Of a DNA stretch of 64,000 bases, positions 1 to 12,759 are shown piece after piece (position 1 is the first letter of the stretch; the number at the start of each line of letters is the position of its first letter). Source of the stretch: Mytilus trossulus. Taxonomy: Eukaryota. Position numbers and translations under genes: made by a program. Location: assembly GCF_036588685.1 (NCBI RefSeq), contig NC_086377.1, positions 15,686,001 through 15,750,000 on the forward strand. Reading direction: 5' to 3'. The notes beneath the pieces are model-generated. The model was not told the DNA's origin and did not search any database. It saw nothing but the letters and a program-made list of their open reading frames with translations.

Positions 1-450
1 GTCAGTTCCCATTTTCACCAGTGTGTGTTCTCATATGCCTTTGTTAGTTCCCATTTTCACCAGTGTTTGTTCTGAAATGCCTTTGTCAGTTCCCATTTTC
101 ACCAGTATGTGTTCTGAAATGTCTTTGTCAGTTCCCATTTTCACCAGTGTGTTTTCGTATGCCTTTGTCAGTTACCATATTCACCAGTGTATTTTCTCAT
201 ATGCCTTTGTCAGTTCCGATTTTCACCAGCATGTGTTTTCTCATATGCCTTTGTCAGTTCCCATTTTCACCAGTGTGTGTTTTCGTATGCCTTTGTCAGT
301 TCCCATTTTCACCAGTATGTGTTCTGAAATGCCTTTGTCAGTTCCCATTTTCACCAGTTTGTGTTCTCAAATGCCTTTGTCAGTTCCCATTTTCACCAGT
401 ATGTGTTCTAAATTGCCTTTGTCAGTTCCCATTTTCACCAGTATGTGTTT
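1..450 (-). repeat. 42-bp minisatellite (~10-11 copies, runs off the window start) derived from zinc-finger coding sequence
   Basis: Unit GTCAGTTCCCATTTTCACCAGTGTGTGTTCTCATATGCCTTT. The minus strand reads QRHMRTHTGENGN* per unit and closely matches the NGNLQRHIRTHTGD finger segment at ~12225-12266. Confidence 0.9.
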
Positions 451-690
451 ATGTGTCTCTGTAAGTCAATCCTTTGAATGTATTGTCCATCACATTTATA
501 AGGTTTATCTAATGTTTCTCCATGTCTCACTATTTTTAATGAATTGTTTATCACAAGTGTCACATTTATGAGGGTAATCGACAGTGTGTGCTTCATGTGT
601 CTCTCTCTGTAAGTTCCAACCACAAAAGACCATATTCCACATTTATACATTATAAAGGTTTGTTTGGAGAATACCTTCCACATGCATACA
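451..690 (-). pseudogene. Decayed C2H2 finger remnants downstream of the zinc-finger gene 1 stop
   Basis: Minus-strand translation retains DKPYKCD...IQRIDLQRHINT, similar to the last fingers of the paralogue at 12049-12759, but Cys/His ligands are lost and frames shift. Confidence 0.7.
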
Positions 691-1533
691 TTATAAAGGC
701 TGGTTTGGAGAATGCACAAAAAAATGTTGTATTAAGCTCTGTTCCTTACTAAACTCTTGACCACATTCTCCACATTTATAAGGTTTATATTCAGTGTGTA
801 TATACTCATGTCTCTCTAAGTTTGGAATAGTACTGAACACTTTACCACATACTGTACACTCATGGGGTTTGTCCCAAGGTTCACTAGTATGTATTTTCAT
901 GTGCTTCGTTAGTTGGTTACTTGAAATAAATTCTTTATCGCATTCTGTACATTTATGTGGTTTTTCCCCAGTATGTAATCGCATGTGCTCCTTCACTTGA
1001 GTTCTCCTAGTAAAACCTCTACCGCATAATGTACATTCATAGGGTTTCTCACCCGTATGTACTCTCATGTGCTTCTGCAAGGGATTACTCAAACTAAACC
1101 TTTTACCACATACCATACATTCATGGGGCTTTTCCCCAGTATGTATTTTCATGTGCCTATTTAAGTAATTTCTCACACTAAACTTCTTACCGCAGACTGT
1201 ACACTCATGTGTTTTTTCATCAGTATGTAATCTCATATGATCCCTCAAGTAACCACTCACACCAAACCTTTTATCGCATACCGTACATTCATAAGGTTTT
1301 TCACCATTATGTATTTTCCCATGTTTTTGTAAACTCTGACTTGTACCAAATCCTTTACCACATACTGTACATTCATGGAGTTTTTCACTAAATGTGTCCG
1401 CCATTTTTACCATACATTCATAGGGTTTTTCAACAGTATTTATTTTCATATGATTTTGTAAAATCTGACTCGTACCAAACCCTTTACCGCATACTGTACA
1501 GTCATGGAGTTTATCACTAAATGTGTCCGACAT
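691..1533 (-). CDS. C2H2 (Kruppel-type) zinc-finger protein, 280 aa, 8 intact fingers plus 1 degenerate finger
   Basis: Repeated CxxC-x12-HxxxH with TGEKP(Y/H)EC linkers. Candidate splice acceptor (polypyrimidine tract + CAG, minus strand) at 1593-1594, so the exon probably begins at 1592. Confidence 0.9.
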   Translation of the reverse strand: MSDTFSDKLHDCTVCGKGFGTSQILQNHMKINTVEKPYECMVKMADTFSEKLHECTVCGKGFGTSQSLQKHGKIHNGEKPYECTVCDKRFGVSGYLRDHMRLHTDEKTHECTVCGKKFSVRNYLNRHMKIHTGEKPHECMVCGKRFSLSNPLQKHMRVHTGEKPYECTLCGRGFTRRTQVKEHMRLHTGEKPHKCTECDKEFISSNQLTKHMKIHTSEPWDKPHECTVCGKVFSTIPNLERHEYIHTEYKPYKCGECGQEFSKEQSLIQHFFVHSPNQPL

Positions 1534-2456
1534 TTTTTTCTTCGTTTTCTTTGTGAACTGACGTCCTTTGTTTTATCAGGTTGGCCTGCAATCTGAATAA
1601 GAGAAGAAAATGATAAAATTGTGAGAAGCACTATGCTGCCAAAAGAATATTTTCAATCAGTATGGCATTTGTCAGCTCAGTACATCATGTTACAGAAACA
1701 GTCTTTTTTAAGTATAGAAACACATGTACATGTATGTCATGTATGTCATTTATGTAAAATATTGGGGTACATGTAAAATGCAAAACAAAATAGAAACTAA
1801 ACAGAACAAAACCAAACCAAACGAAAGGAATTGGCACAAAACAATACAAAATAAATCAATAGAGCATAAACTAAAACGTCTCTCCTTGTTCATGTTGTTT
1901 AATATTAACCATTGGCTAATACCATAATTTCATAACTGAAATGCAACCTGAAACACGACAACAAAGAAAGAACCTTTGTTACATGTAACTCCCTTGGATA
2001 GGAATATCATCTGAAATAGATTTTTTTCTGCACAACCTGCCAAAAAATGAATTTGACAACAAACAAGTACTTATTTTTTTAGCAACGTGACAGAAAACAC
2101 AGACAGACATTGAATCCTTCCATACACCAAATATAAATATTATTTTTCTAGACCTATTGCTTATAGCATCAGATATATGAACTTGACAATGAAAACTTAA
2201 CCTTCTGCGCTTCCTACAAAATGTACTTCAATCAACGCTTTTACACCCCAAAAAAGTTACAAAATGTTGCATTCAATTCTTAAATAAACATGTTAAAATA
2301 TATTCTTTATTTTTAGCCTCATTTTCAGTCGTTGCTTTCTATACAAAATAACTTGTTTTATACCATTGTATACGAATGCATCAAACAATCAACGAAAACT
2401 CATATAATTGATGTCTCAACAATTTGATTTAAACTTCGATTGAAATCAGTCTTGAA

Positions 2457-2737
2457 AGCCTGTCCTAAGTCAGGAGCCTGTAATTCAGTGGTTGTCGTTT
2501 GTTTATGTGTTACATTTTTGCTTTCGTTCATTTTTTTACATAAATAAGGTCGTTAGTTTTCTCGTTTGAATTGTTTTATATTGTCTTATCGGGGCCTTTT
2601 ATAGCTGACTATGTGGTATGGGCTTTGCTCATTGTGGAAGGCTGTACGGTGACCTTTAGCTGTTAATGTTTGTGTCATTTTGGTCTTTTGTGGATAGTTG
2701 TCTCATTGGCAATCATACCACATCTTCTTTTTTATAT
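2457..2737 (+). mobile_element. Abundant short interspersed repeat, family A
   Basis: CCTGTCCTAAGTCAGGAGCCT...TCTCATTGGCAATCATACCACATCTTC. Related copies at ~9850-10258 (+), 14470-14720 (-), 18110-18485 (+), 24430-25250 (-), 42795-42860 (-), 53460-53530 (-), 54250-54390 (-). Confidence 0.75.
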
Positions 2738-2871
2738 TGTTCGTTATAATTTTGAATTAGATGAAATATTCACGGTTTAAAAATACAAAATAGTTTATTG
2801 GCACAAAACTATTACAATAATTGGCAACACAATATATTGTTAAAAATCGTCTTTATTTCATTTCAAGTAAT

Positions 2872-4681
2872 AACCAGATGCTCCACAGGGCGTAGCTTTA
2901 TACGACCGCAGAGGTCGAACCCTGAACGGTTGGGGCAAGTATGGACACAACATTCAAGCTGGATTCAGCTCTAAATTTGGATTGTGATTAAATAGTTGAC
3001 ACAGCATAGGTTTCTGACACAGGATGAATGTGTTCTAATGAAATTAAAATTTTTGTTTTCTCTTAGAGCAATTCACTATGCTGTTGAATATTATTCCTCT
3101 CAAAAAAATGTTTGAAGAAATTTTCTTTTTATTTATGAAATTTCAAATGAGAAAATTGAACCCAATTTTTTTAATCACATCCCCCTTTCCCTTATTCCAA
3201 AACTAATCTCAATTAAAATTTCTAATGGAGTTTGCAACAATTACTACTTATTTAAATACATCATAAAATATTAAGATGTAAAAAAAACTGCTTGTTATCA
3301 CTGAATGGTAAAGATTATTTTAATTTATCAGTTAGTAGTAAAAAGTGGATATACATTGTATATTGTATATATAACAAAGATTTAAGTTGATTCTGGACAA
3401 AGAAAGATAACTCCAATTAAAAAAATTCTTACAATTAGATATTTCTTGCTTACTATTCTGGACAAAGAAAGATAACTCTAATTAAAAACAAAATTGTTAT
3501 TTCACAATATTTTGCAATAAGATATTTTTTGCCATTGCGCAATACTGTGCAATTGAAAAGACTTGCTATTGCATAAAACTTAATATAATAATTTTAGATC
3601 CTGATTTGGACCAACTTGAAAACTGGGCCCATAATCAAAAATCTAAGTACATGTTTGGATTCAGCATATCAAAGAACCCCAAGATTTCAATTTTTGTTAA
3701 AATCAAACTAAGTTTAATTTTGGACCCTTTGGACTTTAATGTAGACCAATTTGAAAACAAGACCAAAAATGAGGAATCTACATACACAGTTAGATTTGGC
3801 ATATCAAAGAACCCCATTTATTCAATTTTTGATGAAATCAAACAAAGTTTAATTTTGGACCCCGATTTGGACCAACTTGAAAACTGGGCCGATAATCAAG
3901 AATCTATGTACAATTTTAGATTCAGCATATCAAAGAACCCAACCAAGTAATTTTTTGTCAAAATGAAACGAAGTTTCATTTTGGACCCTTTGGACCTTAA
4001 TGTAGACCAAATTGAAAACGGGACCAAAAGTTAAAAATCTACATACACAGTTAGATTCGGCATATCAAAGAACCCCAATTATTCAATTTTGATGAAATCA
4101 AACAAAGTTTAATTTTGGACCATTTGGGCCCCTTATTCCTAAACTGTTGGGACCAAAACTCCCAAAATCATTACCAACCGTCCTTTTATGGTCATAAACA
4201 TTGTGTTTAAATTTCATTATTTTCTATTTACTTAAACTAAAGTTATTGTGCGAAAAAACCAAGAATAATGCTTATTTGGGCCCTTTTTTGGCCCCTAATT
4301 CCTACACTGTTGAAACCAAAACTCCCAAAATCAATCCCAACCTTTCTTTTGTGGTCATAAACCTTGTGTCAAAATTTCATAGATTTCTATTAAGTTAAAC
4401 TAAAGTTATAGTGCAAAAACCAAGAAAATGCTTATTTGGAACCTTTTTGGCCCCTAATTCCTAAAATGTTGGGACCAAAACTCCCGAAATCAATACCAAC
4501 CTTCCTTTTGTGGTCATAAACCTTGTGATAAAACTTTATAGATTTATATTCACTTTTACTAAAGTTAGAGTGCGAAAACTAAAAGTATTCGGACGACGAC
4601 GACAACGACACAGACGACGACGCCAACGTGATAGCAATATACGACGAAATTTTTTTCAAAATTTGCGGTCGTATAAAAAAA
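2872..4681 (-). mobile_element. Helentron-associated non-autonomous element (HINE/DINE-like) with internal core repeats
   Basis: Subterminal inverted repeats TTTATACGACCGCA (~2897) and TGCGGTCGTATAAA (~4664), (GAC)n microsatellite at ~4592-4622, short hairpin at the 2872 end, A/T-run flanks, internal tandem blocks at 3600-4570. A partial second copy lies at ~5043-5225. Confidence 0.75.
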
Positions 4682-5714
4682 TTAAATCCCTTATTCATGA
4701 TATTTTAACTTAATTTTAATTTTATTTTTTTTAATTCTAATTCTTTCTCTCTCAATACACAACAATATTTTACATTTATCGATCCTCTATAAACACAAAT
4801 ATATCTGTTCAGGTAAAATTTTATTCTTATCAAGCTGGTACAGACATGACAGATTGATTTACGACCTTTCACTTGGATATTGCACAGGTTAATATCACAG
4901 GGGTATTTTGAAAAGTAATTGATTAAATTAAATTACATGTCATCAGATTTTTGGTTGATTAATGATTACAATGATTACTCGAAAAATTGTAATCAATTAC
5001 AGTTGATTAACAATTACAATTACAATTACCCCAACTCTGAGCAATCCCAACCTTTCTTTTGTGGTCATAAACCTTTGTGTTAAAATTTCATAGATTTCTC
5101 TTTACTTATACTAAAGTTATAGTGCGAAAACCAAAAGTCTTTGGATGAAGACGACAACACCAATGTGATACCAATATAGGACCAAAAATTTTTTAATTTT
5201 TGCGGTCGTATAATTTTTTTTTTAATCCTATGTATAATACAAGTAGGGAGAATGATCTCTGGGTGAACAGAACCAGGACCAACATGTAATCGGAACGAAT
5301 GGATTTGATAACAAAATATATCTTGTTTGAGTACAACCAACAGAACAAGGGAGTGTGTTTTCACCACAGACTGTATTATCACATGATTATTAGATTTGCA
5401 TTTTATCTGTTTATAAAGTAATTTTACTCTGTTGTATATTTCAGTAGTTTAAATATATTTTTTAAAGGACGTTGTAACGGTCAAGTGATTGTTTACTCTA
5501 AACACGTGTGTGTGTTTATATCAAGCACATGGTGTGTGTTTAAATGTTCTATTTGATTGGATGGCATATACCTGTATTGCCGGTTTTACGGGTATATGCC
5601 CTCATGATTTTCTTGAAAAGCATGATTAAGTATTACTTAAGGGGGTAGGTTGAGAAAATTAAGTTATTTGAAGTTTGCCTATAGTTCAACGTAGCAGCAT
5701 TCGTTATTATGTTT

Positions 5715-5755
<41 letters not shown>

Positions 5756-6392
5756 TTTTATGAGATGATTATCGTTAATGGGAGTATATGCATATATTAC
5801 ATTATATTAATATGATTTTTTCCTCTTTTGTAGATAGTTTTTGATAGTGTTACTGTTACTGTATATAACTGTGCTATTGTATGATTGGACTGGTGGTAGT
5901 GTGCCTGAATTTAAAGTGAAGGACTTTAGTTTGAGAATGAAATTGAATGCAAACTTTAAGTTAATATTAAAGGCTGCTACAGCTGTAGGCACTAGGCACA
6001 CTTATCCTATTTATGTGTTGTTTTATTTATTAAATAATTTATATTCGTTTGAGTTGGCGAATTAAAATATAAATGTAATTTGTGTAGTTCTGTAGTGTAG
6101 TATATTTAGAGTGTTCTATCTATCTTCATATTTCCGCACTCAGTCACAAATTTGACTATGACATGTCGTTGCATGCGTGGCTTATTTACAATTTAACAGA
6201 AATAAATTTGCAGTAATCATGGTAATATTACGTTACATTGCATTGGTGCTTTGAAAAAATAAATAACGTAAAAATATAACAGTGATTTAATATTTTTTTT
6301 GTGGATTGTTATCCTATGTTTATCCTGTGTTTAGAAGTATTCTGCGGTGTTCTGTGGTATTCTCAATTTTTCGGTTTTCTTAGGTAAATAAA

Positions 6393-7027
6393 CAGGTCAG
6401 GAATAACCACCAATTGGTGGATTATACCTCAATTGATGTATAATCCACCAATTGAGGTATATTGGTATAGACCAATTGATGTATAATGCAAGTTTTTGGT
6501 AATTAAATGCTAGTGTGAGATAGGAGCATGATTTTGCAACTTGCAACCTATTTTATGACCCTTATTGAGTCCTATAAAAGTTTCAGTTTTGTCAAAGCCT
6601 GCTGCATCTCTTGAGAATGCATGTGAACAACAATTCTTTTGTTAGAACATTTGTACTATTGACCATGATTGACTTTTGATAATGAAAGTTAAGTGTTAAC
6701 AAAGAGCTCCATTCACCTGTGGAGTTGTACTCATGATCACATGACTGCAGACAGTAATGATGTCCATTGATAGGTGATTACAGGTAAATTTGCCAATCAA
6801 GAATTAACAAGATAACAATAGAAGAAACTTCAAATACAATTATTGATTAAATGCAATATGTTATGTCACTTTACTAAACTAGGAGTGTTTGACAAGATTT
6901 CATACCATAATATGGTTTTAACAAAACAATGCTCCATTTTGGTGGAATAATTTGTTTTGAAAAACAAAGAATTATCCACCAATTGGTCTATAGCATTATA
7001 TGTCAATTGGTGGTTATTCCTGACCTG
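6393..7027. mobile_element. Non-autonomous TIR DNA transposon with 5-bp TSD (hAT5-like)
   Basis: 24-bp perfect TIR CAGGTCAGGAATAACCACCAATTG / CAATTGGTGGTTATTCCTGACCTG, flanked on both sides by ATAAA, with subterminal CAATTG-containing repeats. Confidence 0.85.
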
Positions 7028-7622
7028 ATAAAGTTTTTAGCAATGTTATTGTCTTGCCCTTGGTTTTAATCCTACAATTTTCGGTTTTAAACCAATAAAA
7101 TATCTTATCTTATCCATGATTTTCCCATCAATTCATTACACATGAGTATATTCTTACCAAATAAATAAGCTTCGATACGTTATAAACCTTGATAATCCAA
7201 TCTTCATTCGCAAAATCACTGTTTTCCGATATTGATCACGATGTCAATATCTAGGATGTTCCAGTTTTTGTTTGTAAGACAAGTCGCCCCACACCAAATC
7301 GCCCCATTCTTGCTAACATCAATACTAAAGAATACACGGTGTCGCTCATGCGTGATTGACAAAAACATTTTTTTTTTATATAAATATAAATTCATATTTT
7401 AAGGGTTTGTATATATAATAAACAGATTGTGATTAAAAATACAAGTTGTATCAGGAACATAATATATTATATATAACGACGTTATATACTGTTCCCAGGT
7501 TTTCATGATTGATGTAGTACAACACTTGTTCGACAAGGATTTGTCACAGTATAGTTAGACTATACAAATCCTTGATTTGTTTAATATTTTAGGGTAGAGA
7601 GAAAAGCTGATATAAGCGCAAG

Positions 7623-7936
7623 CAGAGGCGGATTTAAGGGGGGGGGGGGGGCAGGGACCCCCCCCTTTTTGGGGAAAAAGTTGGTTAATTGCTTTTATAG
7701 GGAATCACTGAAGCGTGAACGGAGCGGTGTCCCTCTTAAGCAGTCAGTGGGCCCCCACTTATGAAAATTCCTGGATCAGAATTTTTTTCTGAGACAAGTG
7801 CCTGAGGGTACCCCTCTCCTTTTTGGGAAAAAAAGGTTGGTTGCTTTTATAGGGAATCACTGAAGCGGAACGGAGCGGGGTCCCTGTTAGGCAGTCAGTG
7901 GTCTCCCACTTATGAAAATTCCTGGATCCGCCACTG
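7623..7936. mobile_element. MITE with CAG...CTG termini and 5-bp TSD (hAT5-like)
   Basis: CAGAGGCGGATTT...GGATCCGCCACTG flanked by GCAAG on both sides, with an internal ~135-bp duplication. Second copy at 34599-34767. Confidence 0.8.
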
Positions 7937-8085
7937 GCAAGGATATTAACTGATCTCTAAATCTGTCAATTGTCTAGGTGATTTAAAAAATAACCGCCTT
8001 TGGTGTAGCAAATTCAATCGTATAATTGTCCATTTGTATTTGTCCTGGAAGTTTGGATATATTTGTATTATCCGTGTATTACGGT

Positions 8086-9082
8086 GTTTTGTCGAGACTG
8101 CGACTTTTGTTGCAAAAAGCTCAACGTAGGGATAGTGAATCGATGGCGGTGTTAGTTTACTTCTTTATTTCATTATTTATTTTGGAAAATTGAAGACCAT
8201 ATGATTCTTCATACTTTGTAACAGATCATGCCTCATGTTATGTAGTTTCCATCAGTCACATGTTCGTGGTCCTTGACCTCATTTTCATGGTTAAAGGTGA
8301 CTTACTTGAAAAAGTTAAGATTTTTTTGAAATGTTAATTCTGTCTTTTTATACTAATATTGGCCGGATAACTATATTTAGTATGTGTTTACCTTGCAATG
8401 TCCTCATGCCCGTCAGACAGTTTTCACTTGACTTCAACCTCATTTCATAGATCGGTGCACAAGCTTGATATTTGGTGGTCAAGTCCATATCTTAAGACAT
8501 TATTAGACATTTATTCTTATACATTATATATACATTTATTCTTATAAACATATTCTTATACTGTATGTAATAAGTTAACTATATTTGGTGTATGAAAATA
8601 TTGTAAGGTGTGCATGATATATGTCATCTGGCCTTGACCTCAATTTCCTGGTTCATTGCATTGGTCAAAATTAAGTTTTTGGAGTTTTTTTTTTTTTTTA
8701 ATACTATGTGCAATAGGTCAACTATGATATTTGATGTTTGATAATATTTGATGATCTATATGTCAGTCGCACGTACAGGTTTTATTTGACCGTGACCTCA
8801 TTTTCACGGTTCATTGTTCAGTGTTTGTGTCTGTTTTTCTTAAGCAATATGTCAACTATATTTGTTGTATGGAAGAATTGTTAACTGAACATGTCTGCCT
8901 TGCACGATTCATCTGACCTTGACCTCATTTTCATGGTTCATTGGTCAATGATTAGTTTTCTTGGTTAATGTCAAGTTTATGTGACAGATGTAATAAAGCT
9001 TTATAATTAGGACCATCAACATAATACATGTACAAATGATAAGTAAATAAGGCGAGATATTTCGGCATGTCCACTCTTGTGT
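8086..9082 (+). mobile_element. HINE-like element with internal GACCTTGACCTCATTTTCATGG core repeats
   Basis: Begins in a T-run (TTTTGTCGAG), has about five diverged core repeats, and ends in a short hairpin-like ...CACTCTTGT. Confidence 0.55.
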
Positions 9083-11508
9083 CACAAGTTGTTTTGTTGT
9101 CTGTTTGCTTAAGCATAGTTAGATAGAAAGATAAGATAAGAAGTATAAAATTACTAATCAAGGGCCAACACAGCGGCACATAGAGAATACAAGTATAAGG
9201 AAAAAGAACATTGATACATCAAAGAAAATCGATACATAGAATGTAAAGACACAATTATTATAGATAAAAAAAACTGTAAAAAAGAATATGCGTTAGAAGG
9301 GCCCGGTTACAAAAGTGAGACAACAGATTCCAGAGGGACAGTCAAACCGTATAAATTGAGTGTGAAAACTGACAGGCAACGCCATGACTATTAACAGAAA
9401 AAGACAAACAGAAAAATAACAGAAAGCTAAAGATTAAGCAACACGAACCACACCAAAAACACTAGTGTTTTACGTGTGGGTTTTTAATAATAAATAAGTC
9501 TGTTTTTTAAACACCTCTCAGTAGTGGTGGCCATTTCAACTGATTGAGCATGTTTGTGAAACTGCTCGTGTAAGGAGTCCGTGTTATTGAATGGCATTGC
9601 ACACAGTCGTATTTTTCTCCGTCTATGTCGTCTTTACACTAAATCCATTGGATGTTGGATGTGTACTTATTGATAGTTTAGTCTTAGATGCATGCTTTTT
9701 GTGAAAAGTTGGTAGTGGATTTAAACTAACTGTCAGTAACTGCTAGTAGTACTCTCGTGTATGTACTTAGTGTCTCAGTTTTGTACCTAGACACGTTCAC
9801 TTGTATTTGTAGTATTCGTAATTTTGTCCATATTATCATGTTTTATATGAGATGAGCCTTTTTTCAACTGATTTTTATAGTTCGTTCTTTTGTTGTACTG
9901 TTACACAACTGTCCCCGGTTAGGGGAGGGTTGGGATCCCGCTATATTCTGCATACTGTTTTACATGTATGTGTCTGTCCCAACTGGTCAGGAGCCTGCTA
10001 TTCAGTGGTTGTCGTTTGTTTATGTGATACATATTTAATGTTTTGTTGTTCCTTTTTTTTGTATATAAAATAGGACATTGTTTTTCTCGTTTGAATTGTT
10101 TAACAATGTCATTTCTGGGCCTTTTATAGCTGACTATGTGGTATGGACTTTGCTCATTATTGATGGCTGTACTGTGACCTATAGCTTTTAATTTTTGTGT
10201 CATTTGGTCTCTTGTGAAGAGTTGTCTCATTGTCTATCCTACCATATCTTCTTTTCTTTGACACTACGTTTTATTAAAGTAAATTATGACTCTGTTATTT
10301 GAATAAATATCATGATGGATTAATGGTTATTATGGTTAACTTATTGTTCAGTGGCAAATATTACAAGAAACAAGGATTCCAGCTTGTTAATATAATGAAA
10401 ACATATTATTAGGTAATCTAGAGTTGAATTTAAGGTTTGTGTGTCGTTTGGTTTTATATCAGGGGGCCTTTCCCTTCTTTGGAAAGAATTCATGACAAAA
10501 TTGTGTTTGGTGACGGTGATGTGTTTGTATATATCTCATGCCACTGAACATTCTTGCTGTTTACAATTATCTCTTTCTATAATGAACTTGGCCCAGTAGT
10601 TTCAGAGGAAAATATTTTGTAAAAGCTTACAAAAATTTACGAAAAAACTGACATTGTAGGGCATTACAGTCAAGTGACACTTTTGATCATTTGACTTATT
10701 TGTCGATCTTATTTTGGTGAACAATTTTGCTGTTTACAGTTCATCTCTATCTATTATATAATAATATTCAAGATAATTAACAAAAACTGCAAAATTTCCT
10801 AAAAATTACGAATTCAACATTGATCAAGAACAGCAACCAAACAACATGAACAAAGGGTTGTCTGATCGATGCAACTTAAAATTTCAGGGTGGATACATCT
10901 TGACCTGATGAACATGTTTACCACATCATTTTTATGTTATAGATGCTTTAGTTTCAGCATGTTTAGAGATAAAAACCAAAATCTGTAATTAATCCACATG
11001 TTCTCTTTTAAGCTGTGGTGGCCATCTTGGTTGATGGGCAAGGTCATCAGATGCATTTTGTTAAAACTAAATTACACTAAGAATGCTGCAGGCCAAGTTT
11101 GGTTTAGCTTGGTCATGTTGGCTCAGTTGTTTCAGACAGAGACTTTTGTAAAAGTAAACCAGACTACTAATGACGGCCCACTAACGACAGACACTATGTG
11201 ATAAGAAAAGCTCACTTGCCCTTTTGTGTCGGTGAACTAAAAATAGAGATACATGTTTCTCTAATTCTATGGACATTTATCCCTTTTCGAACTCATTGTA
11301 TAAAAAAAATTAATCAACGTGTGGTTGCTGGTGATCTCAGAAGATCATTGGATGATTTTAAGGGTCATGACCTTTTTGGCTGACTGGATGAACCAAAATT
11401 TGATAACAGGTGTTAATGAAATTGACAACTTCGTGCAATGTGAAAGGCACTCGAAGGGGATTTTCGGTAAACAAAAAAAGAAAATGTCTTTTTAATCATT
11501 AGAGAAAC

Positions 11509-11671
11509 AGATTCTTACATAGTTACTCGTGGATTATCGGATTTATTCAATCTCGATAGTTAAATTATAAATTTTAAAGTACTCGCCGAGGCGGCTCGAA
11601 CTTTAAAATTGATAATTTAACTATCTCGATTGGATAAATCCGATAATCCACTGGTATCAATGTAAGAATCT
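11509..11671. mobile_element. Long palindromic (hairpin) element with CTCG/CTCG bubbles
   Basis: ~80-bp inverted arms AGATTCTTACAT...ATGTAAGAATCT. Confidence 0.75.
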
Positions 11672-12048
11672 ATATATATTATTAAACAATTGTTGACTTT
11701 AGAAATCATTTGATCATGACATTGATTTATCAAACTATAAAATAACATGTATATTAAAACATTGATAAACATAATAAAGTTAGGGAGTTACCATTTGTTT
11801 TATGGGGGGCTAGGATGAAAAATTTTGTCCTGCATTTTTTTTAGTTGTAATCTCTGTTCTGCCTTTTTATTTTTCACTCTATCCGGTCCTGCTTTTTTTT
11901 TTAAAGTTTTAATAAAAGGCTAATAACTAGCTACATGACTTGTGTGTGTCTCTCCGTTATAAATGAATGTGACTGACATCTTTTTAAAACTATACAAAAA
12001 TGTACATGTATACATAACATACATAATATGATAATACTCATTGTTTTA

Positions 12049-12759
12049 TTAATCACCCGTGTGTGTTCGTACATGTTTATCTCTGCTAGTACTTTGAGTA
12101 AACCATTTCCCGCACACATCACATTTATAAGGTTTATCTCCAGTATGGGATCTCATATGTTTCTGTAGGTCATTACTTTGAATGAATTCTTTTTCACATT
12201 TATCACATTTGTGTGGTTTATCACCAGTGTGTGTTCTTATGTGCCTTTGTAAATTCCCATTATCACCAAATCCTCTTCCACATACACTACATTTATAAGG
12301 TTTATCACCAGTGTGTGTATTGATGTGTCTTTTAAGGTGCATATCCCGACTAAACTCTTTTCCACAGTCCCCACATTTATACGGTTTATCTCCAGTGTGT
12401 ATTTTCCCATGTCTTTTTAAATTGTGACTCGAACTAAACGCTTTACCACATACTTTACACTCGTGGGGTTTATCACCAGTGTGTATTCGCATGTGCCCCT
12501 TTAAGTGCTGACTCATAGTAAATTTTGTACCACATACATCACATTTATGAGGTTTATCACCAGTGTGTGTTCTCATGTGTTTCTCTATGTCACACTTTTG
12601 TAAAAATTCTTTATCACATTCGTCACATTTAAAAGGTTTATCACCTGTGTGTGTTCTCATGTGTCTTTGTAAGTGACCTCTCTGACCAAACCTTTTACCA
12701 CAAACTTCACACATAAAAGATAAATCCTCGCTGTGTGCTCTTTTATGTTTCTCAGACAT
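12049..12759 (-). CDS. C2H2 zinc-finger protein, 236 aa, 8 fingers; paralogue of 691-1533
   Basis: Eight CxxC...HxxxH units with TGDKP linkers. Acceptor context at 13121-13122 (CTGAATAAGA on the plus strand) matches that of the first gene. Degenerate finger sequence lies between 12760 and 13120. Confidence 0.9.
   Translation of the reverse strand: MSEKHKRAHSEDLSFMCEVCGKRFGQRGHLQRHMRTHTGDKPFKCDECDKEFLQKCDIEKHMRTHTGDKPHKCDVCGTKFTMSQHLKGHMRIHTGDKPHECKVCGKAFSSSHNLKRHGKIHTGDKPYKCGDCGKEFSRDMHLKRHINTHTGDKPYKCSVCGRGFGDNGNLQRHIRTHTGDKPHKCDKCEKEFIQSNDLQKHMRSHTGDKPYKCDVCGKWFTQSTSRDKHVRTHTGD

Noticed and set aside
23-571. 182-aa and 133-aa repetitive plus-strand ORFs
   Set aside because: Antisense readings of the 42-bp satellite; open only because the unit length is a multiple of 3.
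5390-6390. Possible mitochondrial insertion (T/G-rich tract with a ~40-nt poly-C)
   Set aside because: No recognisable mitochondrial gene, tRNA or rRNA. The block ends near 7115 in AATAAAA(TATCT)n, which is more like a retroelement 3' region.
7150-7330. Candidate non-coding first exons of the ZNF genes (minus-strand donors near 7157 and 15505/15585)
   Set aside because: Only short GT(A/G)AG matches; cannot be supported without transcripts.
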